This document shows positions 26,801 through 41,800 of a DNA stretch of 64,000 nt, in pieces (the stretch's first letter is position 1; the number at the start of each line of letters is the position of its first letter). Below the pieces are notes generated by a model. That model was not told where the DNA came from and did no database searches. It saw only the letters and a list, made by a program, of their open reading frames with translations. Both the position numbers and the translations under genes were made by a program. The stretch is from Lama glama. Lineage: Eukaryota. The stretch lies in contig CM052816.1 in assembly GCA_028534125.1 (NCBI GenBank), forward strand, positions 55,554,001 through 55,618,000, read 5' to 3'.

Positions 26801-29800
26801 CCATTTACAGCTGGTAAGAAACATTAATACTCTTACTTTGCAACTATAGTAGGGATCCTGTAATCAACAGCTCACAGATTTAGAGAATAAATAACTGACT
26901 GCTAGGGCAAGTCTGTTCAAATTCTCTTCTGTATTAAAACAGACCACGAAGGCAGAAGGCTGTGAAATTGCTTCCTTTGATACAATCTCTATTTAGCCAC
27001 CTACAGCTATAAATAATAAGTGATTCAAATAAATCTCAGACAACATCATTCTGAAAGGCAGAGAAAAAATGGTTAAGCGATGTAATTTTGGGTAGCAGGT
27101 CAAAAGCAGAAGAGGGAACAATAGGATCCTGCTCACCCTTACATTTTATGATTGTTTTTGTTCATTTTAAAAAGGCATAATTTTACATGAAGGTACTAAG
27201 TTGTTTGGAAAGCAGTTCAACTTCAATTAATTATAATATGCACATAAAATTCCACTCAATACATACATTAATGTATATGTCCATTCAGAAAACAAAATTC
27301 AATTATTGGAATTTAGAATGGAAAAGATGATAAAATTTGTAGTGTAAATCTGTGATGATATTAAATAATGGGGACAAGTCTGGCATTGCATCTTCAGATA
27401 AAAGAAATATGTACAGAGGTCAGAATCTCTGTATGAATCCAGAAATGCCTTTTATATAAGACAGTTTTATTATATAAAACTGTGAATTTCTTTGTAACCA
27501 CTGAAGTATGAGCTGAAAAGTATTAGAAGAAGTAGTTGCCAAAATAACATACTCGAAAAATGTATTTGCTGAATTATGTTTCCATCTAATATTTCGAAGC
27601 TGTCTGCTGTATCACAAAAAAACTTTTTTTGATACTGTATAAAAAGAAAGGTTTATGGCTTAATATAATTATGAACAGCTGAGTCAAAGGTAATTTAGAA
27701 AATGGTGACACAAAACTTGGCCAAGCTTTACTCAGAGAGTACCTTAATTAGCTTTGTTCTTATAAACTATTTTTACAATGTGCTCAAATGGAATCTTTCT
27801 AGTCAAAATGAAACTCTGGAAAGTCTGTAGTTGGCAGCCAACTAAGATTATTCTGAATGAGAAGTGCTCCCTGGAGACAATGAGTACTCACTAAGTTCCT
27901 TTACACAGGATACTGATTTAAGAACGAAAATAGACACATACCAGCAAAAAGCAAGCACTTAGGCTTTGAGAACAGTTACAGATCTTCCATGCTTTTGGAT
28001 AAAATAAAAATGGCTTTTTCTCACTTCTAAACCATGCCATAAATATTAATATATTTATGGTCAGTGAATTTATGCTATAGTTCATTTACACTTAAGAACT
28101 CATTTGTCATCTGCAAATAAACCAGCTAGTTCCTGCTCAGATTTGAAGATTTCACTAGGTTATGTAAATAAAGACTACAAAAAACAATTTTCTTCTCATT
28201 GCCATACCCATCAGACGTTCTACTGAGTTAAAGTAGAACTTAAAAAACACTCACAGTCTTTGAAGTACTTTCAAACTTATTAAAAGTCTACAGTATTTAT
28301 GGTCAGCATTTTACCTCTAATTGAGAATACAGTAAAAGAGAAAGCAGTAACCCGTGTGAATGTGCTCCCCTCTCCCCACCAACTTTTCAGAGGTTGGCAC
28401 AAAAGCTCTTGCTTCCATAAACTGTTTTTGAAAGAATTAAAAAAAAAAAAACTTCAAAAAAATTTAGAGGTGGAGTATCATTTTAATTTGGGGGAGGTTT
28501 CATTTCTAGGGGAAATGAGGTAGAATACAATTAAGAAGAGTGAATCTAAAGACCATTCACCAGACTAAATGGTAATACATGCTAGGCCAGAGTTTTTAAG
28601 TGTTTCAATTCAGACGGCAGTCTTTAACACACTGCATTTTGCCACAGCAGTCTAAAAACATTTGATACTGTATACTAAAATTTCAATTATGGCTTCAGTT
28701 TTAGCACTGACATGGTAGTCCAGTTGTTAACAAAATTAGAGAAAAGGAAAGATTTTCATGTATGAGAGTTGAGGCAATTTTAGTGAATAATCAAATCTTT
28801 GTATTTCAGAGATCCTTTTCAAAGCAACAGATTATTCCCCTTTTTCTTTGATTGCAGTGTTCTGGACTTTAAATGTACATTAGTACCTTTATTAGATGAC
28901 AGGGCAAGGAGAGCAGCTAATCAAAATAAGTGAATTTTGTTACTGTTTAAAAACACTTAAAAAATTCTTTCAGAAAAGAGCTTGGAATTAATGACTTGAA
29001 TAGATTCTGTAGATTATAAATAGAAGGCGCAATTCTAGCAGAAAATGTACATTGCATTAAGAAAAAATAGCTGAAGTTAATTCAGGTTATAATTAAGGAA
29101 CTCAGTTTGGGGGGGATAAGAGTTTTCTAAGCAGATAAAAAAAACATGTAGAACAGCAGAAGAACTGGGAAATAGAAGGGTATATTCTAGACACATATGC
29201 AGTTTAGTATTTGATACACAAGCTGTAGAAGTGGTAGGAAAAAGGTGAGACTAAAAGGAATAAGCTAAGACCACATTCTGATGTGCTATGATGTTTGGAC
29301 TTGACGTCAGAGGTGACAGAACATTAGTGAAAGACTGTAAGTAGGAGTGAGACATCAGACACTTACCTCTCTACTCACGGCTCGGTATTTGTCAAAGTTT
29401 GGGGGCACTATAATAAGTTGTGGGCAGAGTCTTTTAGCAATAAATCCTGGCATGGCTGCACGAACACCAAACCTTCTTGCATGGTAATTCGAAGTAGTCT
29501 GAAAGGAAATGGACCACACAGGAAAAAATATTCAAACCTAAATGGACATATTGATCAATGCTTTCAAAAGAAACACATTACCGATGTGCATCTTCAATTC
29601 ATGGACATTTTTTTGGATAGGCTCTGTCTCAAATCAAGCTTTGACTTTAACCTATCATGGTGTATAATACCATGACCCTCTCCCACTGCTGTCCCTTATC
29701 TATAATGTGACACCAGGCAATAAGTAAGGCTGTGCTAATAAAAAGGTTCTCTTACATTTCCAGTAACTAAGGTCATTAGTTTTAAGACGTATCAGTAATA

Positions 29801-32800
29801 TAGTATACATAAGAGTTTAGGTGATAGAGGGTGATGTTACATGAAAGCAATAATACAGTAGTAGTCAAGTAATAATTATGGAATAATATAATACAAACAG
29901 TATAGAAGTTACAAAAGAGTCAGAGTATAAAGAGTACAATCAAATAGTATGGACTTAGAATTTGCTCTATTTGAAATTTTGGAAATTTTTCATCTAGAAA
30001 AAAATCAAAGGTCTAATATATGGTTAGCTAAATTAAGACTCAAAATGAAGTAATTAAAGTTTAAAAAAACTTTAAAAATTAAGTTTTGTTTCTTAAGGCT
30101 TGAATATCTTTCTGGTGAAAACATTTTGACTAGGAGATGGAACTAAATTATTGTGAGAGTAAAACGGAGAACATCATTTACTAAATCTTGTTGATGATGA
30201 TACCTGACAATAGTCTAGGTTAATACGGTAGATCATAGTACTATTTAAAAAAACTTTTTAAATCACAAATGTAATCATGGAATCTCAAGTGAAAATTCAA
30301 AGGAATGTAAAACAGAATCTATTAAATAAAAGGATTATTTCAGAATGATAATATAACTCTGCCATTAATGGTTTTCAAATGGCATTTAAAAAAATCTTGA
30401 TTGTACTCAAAACTATGCTAATTCTTGGTCAATATTCTAGAATAGAAAATGCAGAGAGCACTGGAAAGACAAACCAAGGCTTTAAATATAAATAAATCTA
30501 ATGGAACTGACATAAAAGCTAGATTTATAGTGAAGTAGAAATGACATTCTAGATACGACTTCCTTTAACGTTTAGGTTTGTGGTAGATTGTAAATCACAG
30601 CCTCAGTCTTTTACAGTTCCTCCCCTCAGAAGGTGGCTTCTAGTTCCTCATACCAAGTGACTCACTTTGACCAAAAGAATGTGAGGGAGTGAACTTATGT
30701 GAATCCTGAAACCTAAGCATTAAGGAGTCTGCAGCTTCTGCTTTTGCTTTTTTGGGATCTGGCAACTATGTAAAGATCTTGGGTTAGATTACAAAATGAT
30801 GACACACCATGTGCATGAGAGGGGAGAGCTAATGGCTGGAAGCTTGTTAGTGAAGCCATTTTGGATCCTTCAGTCTCAGCCAAGTAACCATAGTCAAACC
30901 AAGTGGAGAAGAGATGAGCCGTTCCCAACTGTTCTCTGCTCAAACTACAGAATCACGAGCAAATATATTGTTGCCCACTAAGTACCAAAGGGGTTCACAT
31001 ATATAATTTCACATAAATATATGGCGAGATATATTCTTAATAAAATTAAGTATTTTTTTCAAATATCAGTTGATGATTTGTAGGAAAGGGGAGTATCCTT
31101 TCAATAAATACTGTTCTGGAACCAGGATTGTTACTTGCCTGCATACTTCTGGGAGCAGAGATAATGAAGAGATTATGGTTATACAGAGAAATAACAACTC
31201 AGTAGGAATCAGGTTAATTAATTAAGGCACTGGAAGGAGTTAGAACGGGGAAGAACCTTCCTTGTTTCTCTTCTGTCTCTTTTATACCAAAACCCATCTA
31301 TTCCAATGCTGTTTCTAATTCCCAACACATATTAAGCTACACATGGGTATCCTGGTCACCTTTACCTTCTATGGTGAGGGTGGCAATGAGGAAAATAACA
31401 TAGTAATCAGAAATGCAAAGGTTTCAGGTCATGGGGAAAACAACCTAATTACATTATTATGAAACATGTTACTCCAGAATTGGTGTTGCCAAACTTTTTC
31501 TGTAAAGGTCCAAATGTTTTAGGCTTTGAAGATCATATGGTCTCTGCTGCAATTACTAAACTCTGCTCTTTTAATACGACAATAATAAACAAATGGGTGT
31601 GACTGTGTTCCAATAAAATTTTATTTACAAAAAAAGGCAGCAGGCTGGATTTGGCCTGCAAGCCATTGTTTGCAAACCTCTGCCTTAGCATAACATTTCC
31701 TTTTCTTTCTTTGTCAATTCTGTTTAATTAGAACAGTTACTTAAGAAAAATATAATTTGCAACAGAAAGGTATAATGCTTTTTACCATTTACCAGGTTTA
31801 TAACTTTGGGGAAGTTATTAAACATTTTTCTGAGTTTGCTTTCTCCTCTGTTAAATGGAAATAAAAATTGTACCTCAAGTAATGTTGAAAGGATTCAGTA
31901 ACTGAGCATATTTCTTGAATAGAAATACGTTATGAAACTTTCTCTTTGTCTTTGATCTTTACCTACTTACCAACATACTCATTGATCCTACAGCAATGGG
32001 TTTGTCCTTCAATTCTGGATTGTCCCTCATTTCTACAGCTGCATAGAAAGCATCCATGTCAATGTGCACTATGGTATTGTTCAGATCCCGGCTCTGTTCC
32101 AACTCCATTGCAAATCTATCAGCCTTAATTTTTAAAAAGTTAACATATTTTTAGACAACATAATATTGAAACACCACTAATCATAGCATTAATCTTACTT
32201 TTAGTAGATATCTATTTGTCTGTATGTCCATCCAAGCATCCACTCACTCATCCCCATGCCAGTCTACGTATATTTTATTGTTGTTTGCTTATTAAGGCTG
32301 TTAATTGCTTTTTATTTTCATGAACATAGGCAGTCTGTTCTCAAAGATCATTCCTTACCAACTCTTCATCTCTCAATACCCACAAGCATGTAACCAGTAC
32401 TTAATAAATATTTATTGAATGAATAAAGCATTCCAACTGCTTATATCAAATGATTCTATTGCTTCATCAATTTGAAAAACAACTTACTGTAACTAGAAGT
32501 TTCAGTTTAGGTAAAATAAACAACTCACATCTGACTCATAATATTAATGACTTAAAACAGCAACAAAAGAAATATACAATAAAAGATTATACTTCTTTGG
32601 CATATGTTTATGCTGAGTAGTACCATACAACTGATTGTACTAAACATAATGTAAACATTTACTCAGTAGAATTGTTTTATAAGGCTAAAACTTGTTAACT
32701 GCTAGTCTATTCAAATCACAATTGAAAATTTAATATGTAATTTAGCCTTTCCTGAAATTTCAATATATGTGTCATATATGACAGTGAAGAATTTTAATCT

Positions 32801-35800
32801 TTAAAGAACTTTTTTGTTTCTTTAGAGAAAAAGAATTGGATTGATAAGAAAGAAGACAAATGAAAGAAATACCAAAGTAGTTCAGTAAGAAAAGGGTTTA
32901 TGTAGCTCATATACCCATTCCCATGTTCCTTTTTGTGGCCTCTGCTATAGAGGCTGAAAAAGCTAAATACATAAATTTCTAGCTTCCCCTGCAGCTGGGG
33001 GTGGCTCTGTGACCATTTTGATCTATGTAACACAAGGAAATCAGCAAGACCGTTTAGTAAAATCAGGAAGAGAAGAGAGAAGAAAGCTGTTGAATGAGAT
33101 GGAATACATAAAGAGCATGGAAGGGTGTCTGACACATGGTCAACTTCAATAAATGCAATCTATTACTAAAAGGATAAAGGGAGAACTGCATAATGAAGTA
33201 ATAAAAAAATTAAGGGAAAGGCAGTCAGAAACGAGGAAGTAGGGTGAGCTCTTTCTGGAATGAAAGAAAAATCTACCATGAAGAGATTCCTAGAGTAGGT
33301 TTCCTCAAAGGTAGAGAGTTCCAGAGGTATAATTCAGCTTTTTCCCCTTGCTGGACTTCAACTTTGCTTCCATTCTGCAGGATTTTTTTTCCCCCAAGGT
33401 CTTCCTTCTTAACATTATAGTGACACCAGCTGCCCATGAGCTTCAGGTTAAGACTGCAACTCTTCTTTTAGAAACCACCACCTTGACTCCTGTTTCTGTC
33501 CAGTAGCCACAATGATAATCTGGAGGGTCCACTCCTGTTCAGGCTGCAAATTACTGAACAATCTGGGGTGCTCTGTGCCTTCTTCAGGATGTTCCTCTGT
33601 CCAGAATGCCCTTCCTACTTCTGTTACTAACCCTTCAAAGGTCAGCTTAGACATCTCTGTAACTTAATTGGATCTCTGTCCTCTGCACCACATAATTTAG
33701 TGTTCCCTTACTGGTTTTCCTGCTCTTACTATGTCACTTATTGTATTAGGTTCTAAATTGTGAGTTCCATCAGGAGAAAGACCTTTCTGCCTTTAAATTT
33801 TTCCCTCGCAGGGAGAGTAAGAGGGACACACTTCCAGGTATAAAATAAATGTGTCCTGAGGATGAAATGTACAGCAAGGGGAATGATACTGTAGTAACTT
33901 CATATGGTGACAGATGGTAACTACAGACTTATAGTGATCATTCTGCAACATACAAAAATATTGAATCACTATATTGTGCACCTGGAACTAATACAGTGCT
34001 AAAAGTCAACTGACCTACTTCGATTAAAAAAAAAAAGATGAGTAAGATCTGGAGTCTAAAGTACAGCGTGCTGACTACAGCTGGCAATACTGCATTGATA
34101 TGTGAAAGTTACTAGACAGTGAATCTTAAAGGTTCTCACCATGAAAATAAATAATTGTAACCATGAAAATAAATGAATAAATTCATTCATTCATTCTTTC
34201 TTCATAAAAGAGAAAGGGAGTGGAGTATATATACGTATATATTTCTAATTAAAAAAGAGAAAGTGTTATTTGTAGAAGAATTCTGGAGAAACCTGATCTC
34301 ATGCAATGAGACACCACACCTAATAAATGGAACTTTTAAACATTACTCCACTTTGTCATCCAGAGTTAAAACCATTACTTCTTCCAGTACTTCAGTTTTA
34401 AACTAGAGAATAGCATACTGACATAAAAAAAGTTGTAAACAAATCACAGGCACTAACAAAAGCAAGAGTAGATTAAAAATTACTCTGCATTAATCTAGAA
34501 AATGTGCCTAAGATATGAGTCAATGGAGGATAAAGGAGCAGCATCTGCAACATCTTACCCCAAAAACACTGAAAAGGAAAAAGATAATAAATAAGCAGCA
34601 AACCAAATGGGAGAAAACTCTCCTTAGACTCATACATAAATGCTACTTTGACAGTTTCTTCAGCAAACTATTGTCTTTTCTGTGCTTAGAGCAAGCTACT
34701 TGTACTTCAGCCAAAAGGAAACCTCCCCACTAAATGACTCACACATTCCACTTTCCTTTGCTATCTCTCATTAGTCACCCTTGTCTGAACCCTTTCCTTC
34801 CACATCTACCAAACACATACCACTGCTTTTTATTTTTACCGCCAGTTTCTCCTATTGAAATCCCCATTCGTGTGTTCCTTTCTTCCATTTTTCTCTTCCA
34901 AATGGTTTTCAAGTTCTGATCTGAGTCTCTAACGTGTACCTTGTCATTCTTGCTGCAGTTCAAAGCCAGAGTGTGTCACAGTGGTTAAGAAGAAGGGCTT
35001 TGTTTGGGTCGTAGGTCTGCCACTTATTAGTTACATGATAGTGGGCAAGTTAACCCCTCTCATCCTTACTTTCCTTATTTGTAAAGTGAGCTAAACCAAC
35101 CTTAAAAGGTTGAAAGAATTAAAAGAGATATCCATGCAATGCACTTACCTAGGATATGTTAAGGGTTTAGTGATACTCCTATAATTTTTAAAGTAGAAGT
35201 GACATTTACTGAGTATATTATATGTGTCATATTATATGCAAAATGCCTCTTATGTTAACTCATCTAATGGCCAGATTGAGATAACAATTATTATTCTCAT
35301 TTTACAAGTGAAACTAAAGCTTAGTAAGGTTATGTAATTTGCCCTAAGTCATACAGCCAGTATATATTAAAACTAGACCTGGAAACCAGGTTACTCCAAA
35401 GAATGTGCTCTTTGCATTATTTTATGATATTCCCCTAAAGTAGATTTTAAAAAGTCTTGAACACTGAAATAAGCTCAAATCAAACTCGAGTGGTATATTT
35501 TATATCCATATTATGTCTTATTTACATGAAAAAAAACCTCTTTTTGATTATATTTAGGAGACTACTTTAGAAACTCTGTTTTTCACTTTCTTGATTCAAC
35601 CTTAAACTTGCTTAGTACATCTGAGTTCTCAAAATTAATTGTTCACGTGGTCAGAATGCACTGATGTGCTGTGTAGTTGCCATTTAATATACCATGGATG
35701 TTTGTCTATTTAACGTATGAGCCCATGTTATAGCAAGATGTTTTGATGGCTACAAAAATGTTTGTGCCTTTAAGAAGTCTAATGAGGATGGCATAGGGTG

Positions 35801-38800
35801 AGGAATACTTAGGGAGGTTCTGAAGGAACATCATGGGAGTTTATGCCTACAGAGGTAACTTACCTCACTTCAACTAGTAACAGTTCATACTATCTTATCA
35901 CACATAACCAAATCTACTATTTGGAAAATTATGACTCTAAAAGAGAAACACACTTTCCATGAGAATCTCTCTGTTCTTGCAGGCCTTCTAGACTCTTTAG
36001 GATTTCCTCAATCCCCTCCCATTTATACAACTTCTTTTAAAGGAAACTCAACAAATGAAACAATTTAACAATCAACACAAAACACATTTCCTGCCATTCC
36101 GCTTGCAAAAGATGCCTGAGAGCCTCCCATAGAAAGCCAACTAAAATCGTAACAAAACCTTAAGTTCTGCTACTCACTGTACGATATTTTGTATTTCTTC
36201 AGATTATTAGCATTTTGAAGGATATGAGTTTTAAAAAGAGTATGAACAGCAGAAAGTTGTTACATCGCACAACTCCTATGTATATCTTTAAAATTTTATT
36301 AAAGATATTTGTAGACTATAGATCAATAAAACTTGCCAAAAAGAGCTCCAGAAAGTAAACTGCCTAAGAATTAATATCAATTTAAATACAATGTTACTGT
36401 GGACAGAATGGAATCTTTTTTAACTTGAAGAAATAATGCTTAAACTTACTTGAAAGAATGCATGAGAAAGACAAAAAAAATTGTTTTAAAGAAGCATAAT
36501 GAGGGGGAATGTTCAACTATATTATTATTATTCAATAAATAAAACTGCATGGTACTGATATGGGAAAAGATTTAACGGATTAAAAGAGAGTCCAGAAACA
36601 AATCCAAGTGCAATGAGAATTTAATATATGGAAGTGCCTCATTTCAATTCAGTGGAGAAAGGACTCATGATTCAATAAATAGTGCTGGGACAAGTAGACC
36701 ACCATTTAGGAAAAATAATTCCATTCAGGGAAAATATAATACTACCTATTTAAGAAAAAAAAACTTCATACTTTATATCAAAACAAATTCCAGATGGATT
36801 AAAGATATGAATATTAATAATCCATAAAAATACTAAAAGAACATACAGGCTTGGTTGTGAGGAATGACTTTCTATGCACAATACTAAAGCAAAGAAGAAA
36901 AAATTCTTTAATACTGGTGAATTTGACTACATAAATATTTTAAATGGATAGAAAAAAAAACCCTGCAAAATTAAAAGACAAACAACATATAAGAAAAATT
37001 TTTACAACAAATGGCAAAGAAAAAATCTTTAATATATGGTAAGATCTATAAGATCTATAAACAAAAAAAAGATACAAACTCCTCTAGAAATATGGGCAAA
37101 GAATATTGCTTTGGACTGCTAGTTGAAACCTGGAAATCCACTTTCTGTTCCTTCCATTGTAATAGATTTTTACCTGGGCAAATGGCCACCAAGCTAGAGA
37201 ATATATTTTATAGCTTCTCTTGCATTTAGGTGTGGCCGTGAAACTTAAACATGAGCTGAAGTAATGTGTGAAATTTCTTTTTCACTTGTTTAATAATAGC
37301 AAATTACTTGCTTCAATATTTTCCTTGTTTTTTTCTTCCTTACCAGGGGCTAGGATATGGATTGATAGTTATCCAGTTTTGTCAATCCAGTTAAGGATAA
37401 CACTAGGGGATGACGTAACAACACAATGTAGAACCTGGGTCTCTAAATCGCTGTGGTGATCAGAACCACCAGACCAGCTGGGACTTTCATCTACTATGCG
37501 GGAAAGACATAAACTCTTATTTTATTTGAACCATTACATTTTGGGGTCTCCTGTGCCAGCTACTTAGCCTATATCCTAACAGAATAAAGGAGGATATTCC
37601 CACAAGAAGGAAATATTAATGGCTAACTTGTATGGGGAATGACATTCTTTCTCCATCATAATCAAAGGAGGGCATATTATATAACCATGATATAATATTT
37701 TGGAGACTGTATCAGCAAAAACTAAAAGATTGGTAAAACTGATAAAATCTAGTTTTAAACAAATATGTGAGGAAACTAGCGCTCTTATGTTGAAAACGTA
37801 GAAAGGTACAATCTTTGGTGAACACAACAGGATGAGAATGCAAAGATAGATGAATAAGAACAATCATCACAAGGTTGCATACAAAACAAAAAACTGGAAA
37901 CAAGGTGAGATAAGGTAGATAAATTATGCATCTCCATACAGTGAATTGCTATGAAGCATGAAAAATAATGATTTGACAGACAAATCATCTTTTCTCATTA
38001 TAGCAGACCACTTAACGCAGAAGATAAAAAATTAGCTTGTGCTTAGGAAAGCATATATCCAAAAAATGACACATTGTAGTTTGATAAAGAAAACAAAATC
38101 TATAATCTCTGAACTCTATCACGAGAAGAATTTTGCACCACAATAGATTAATACTATAACTTCATCGTTATTTATAGCTTAAAGTGCCTTGTGAAATTGA
38201 ATCAGATTTTGATAGAAGGTAAAACTGTCTTTAAAAGTAAACTTTAGTTTTTACTAGCAGAACCTTGGCTGCTTTGAGTTCTCAGTCTATCACATGATGC
38301 CTTGCAGCTTGGCTCTTCTCAAAAAAAATTTTTTTTTGAAATATAGTTGATTTACATAGTTGTGTTAGTTTCAGGCGCACACAGAAGTGATTCAGTTATA
38401 TATATGTATACATATGTATACATGTATACACCTACATATATATTCTTTTTCAGATTCTTTTCCATTATATGTCATTATAAGATATTGAATATAGCTCCCT
38501 GTGCTACACAGTAGGTCCTTGTTTTTATCTATTTTATATATAGTTAGTCTTCTCAAACTTTTCTACTGAAATAACTTATAATACCACTGGAAATTGAGTA
38601 TTTACTCCCCAAAGATGCTGGAAAAGCCAAAAGCCCCCACATTTTCGGAAGTCTTGTGTTTTATTTTAAAAATTCATGTGCATTTGGCTTTCTACTGTTT
38701 ACATGACTTTCTGTCTTATTAAACACAATTATGTTTTAAATTACTCCCACATTTAATTAATGTTCCTTCAAATCTTTTCTGCAAAATCAGTTTTGCAGAA

Positions 38801-41800
38801 AACATGCCACATTCATTTTGTGGCCTTTTCTAGCTGCAAAGCATGTATATAAGAAAAAAAACAAAAGCTTTGGACTAAATGCTAGCTCTGCCAAATACCT
38901 GTCATATGAAGCTAGGCAATTTACTTAACCTTATTAAGGCTCCATTTACTGTTTTGTGTGATGGAGGTGACAATGTCTTCGTGTAGGGTCTTTAAATAAA
39001 AGAATAGAATAGTATTTAACAAAGTATGTGCATTTGTTAAATTTTTATGCTTTACAATGAAATGAAAATTTACGTTTCACCTTCTTTTCAGTTATGACTT
39101 GACCATGATGCATTTTAACTATCAATTATTATTCTGCCAGCTTCCACTTTATTTAGCAATTAAACTAATACCTGTATTTGTGCTTTCCTTAGCTGTTGGC
39201 TGGTAATTTGAGCTTTCTGTTGCATCATATTTTCTATTCGTTGGTTGACTTGCTTTTCTTTCTTGAGCTCATTTCCATAAAATCTGGACCCCTATGTAGG
39301 AAAACAAAGCAAAGCATAAGAAAAAATGTCTACAGGAATGCATCACTGCAAACCTGGTGGCTAAGAGTACAGATTCTAGAATCAGAATGACTGCATTCAA
39401 AACTTAGCTCCATTACTTACTTGCTGGGCAACCCTAAATGAATCTTATTATGTCTCAGGCTTCGTATCTGTAAAATGAATTTATAGTTATCTAAATCATA
39501 GGATTGTTGTGAGGCAGTCCATAGCACAGAACAAACTCTCCGAGGTGAGTACAGATCTGCACTCAGAAAAGAACAATGTGTCCTGGGCAGGATCTCTGGG
39601 CATATCCAAGGTCTTAGTCAGCTGAGTCATCAGTTATCTCCTTTACTTACACTTAAAAAGTACTATAAATTAACTAACAGAAACCTCAATTAAATAGAGG
39701 ATCAGAATGGGGAGCTCTCACGCCCTTTGATGACAGCAGAAAGTAACAGAAAGAAGAAAGACTCCTCTTCTTTCCTGGCAATGACTCATCTCAGCCAACG
39801 AAAAGTCATACACTCTGTTTACCCTACTGCTCCCAACTTCCATTTCCCCTCCCTGAGAAAATTCTCTCCATTCTTGTTGCAGACTTGCACGTGGCTCGCC
39901 GTGGTTACAAACGTTGAACTGCAATTCTCAGCTGATCCCAAAAAACTCCATTTTTTAGCAGAGAAATAGCTGGCAAGCTGTTTGTTTTAGGTCAATAGTC
40001 ATTTTAAAAATTTAACATTAATCATTTAAGAAAATGTAGAAAATTACTTCTAGAAAATTACCCATCGTCCCATCACCGAACATAATATCTATCCATTCAT
40101 TAGGTTGACGGACGTTTTGATTATTTTTATTTTTGGGCTATTATGAAAAATGCTGCAATGAACATTTGTGTACACGTTTTTGTGTGGACACATGTTTTCA
40201 TTTTCCTTGAATATATACCTAGGAGTAGAATCTCTGTATCATATGGTAATTCCACACTAAACATTTTTAGGAACTGCCAGACTGTTTTCCAAAGTGGCAG
40301 AACCATTTTACAATCCAACCAGCACTATATGAGGGCTTCAATTTCTCCGTATCCTTGCCAACATTTGTTATTGTCTGTCTTATTTATTATAGCCATTCTA
40401 GGCTATAATGCTATGAATGGTATCTTATGGTTTCAATTTGCATTTCCCCATTGACTAATGATGTTGAACATCTCTTCACATGCTTAGGAGCCATTTTTAT
40501 ATCTTCCTTAGCAAAATGTTTATTTATACCCTTTACTCATTTTTTGATTGGGTTGTCTTTTTATTAATGAGTTGTAAGAATAATTAATATATTGCAGATG
40601 TAGGTCCTTCAACAGATGTGTGTTTTGCAAATATTTTACCCTAGTATGTTGCTTACCTTTGTGTTTTTAAATAGTACCTCCTAAAGAAAGTATAACCATT
40701 TTGAAATGTGATTAAGTCCTATTTGTCAACTTTTTTTTAAATTGACTGTGATTTTGGTGTTGTATCTAGAGAATATTTGCCTAACCAAAGATCTCAAAGA
40801 TTTTCCTCCTATCTTCTAAAAGGTTTATTGCTTTAGTTCTTACACTTCAGTCAATTTTGAGTTAATGTTTGGTGTATGGTGTGAGGTGAGGGTCTATGTT
40901 CATCTTTTTTGCATGTGGATATCCAGCTGTCCCAGCATTATTTGCAGAACAGATTACCCTTTTGCCTTGCTACAAAAATCATAATACTGAATCTTCTCAT
41001 CCTTGAATTGGAAGGTTTCCACTTTTTAGCTCTTTATCTTCCCTCAACAAATTTTTGTAAATTTCAGGGTATAAACATTGCACTTCTTCAAAATTCCTTA
41101 GGATTTTCTATATATTAGAGCACATCATCTATGAACAGATAGTTTTAGTTCTTCCTTTCTAATGTAAGTGCCTTTTATTTCTTTTAATAGACTGCTACAC
41201 TGGCTAAAGTGTTCAGGACTATGTTGAATAGAACAGGAGAGATTAGACATCCTTGCCTTGCTCCTGATTTGGGGGCAAAAGTATTGAGTCTTCAACTATA
41301 AAGTATGAAGACAACTATAGGTTTTTATAGATGCCCTTTATTAGGTTGCAGGGGTTCCCTTCTATTTCAAGCTTGTTAAAAGTTTTTAGCAGGAATGGGT
41401 ATAGGATTTTGTCAAATATGCTTTTTCTGCATCTATTGACAGGACCATGTGTTTTTTGTCCTTTATTGTATTAATGTGGTACATAAATTATATTAATTGA
41501 TTTGCTGATGTTAAACCAACCTTGCATTGCCAGGATAAATCCTAATTCGTCATGGTACATAATCTTTTTAATATGTTGTTGGATTCAGTTTGCTCATATT
41601 TTGTTGAGGACTTTACATTTATAATGATCTAAAATCTTCTGCTAGTCTGGCTTTAGTATCAAGAAGGTACAAGCCTCATGGAATGAGCTGAAAAGTGTTT
41701 GATCCTTCTTTATTTTCTGGAAGTGCTTGTGGAGTATTGGTATTCTTTCTTTCTTAAATGTCAGATAAAATTCACCAGTGAAGGCAACTTGATTTGATCT

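Noticed and set aside
27461..27483. 10-bp-arm palindrome acagttttat-tat-ataaaactgt
   Set aside because: Short AT-rich hairpin that can arise by chance in 64 kb; no supporting context.
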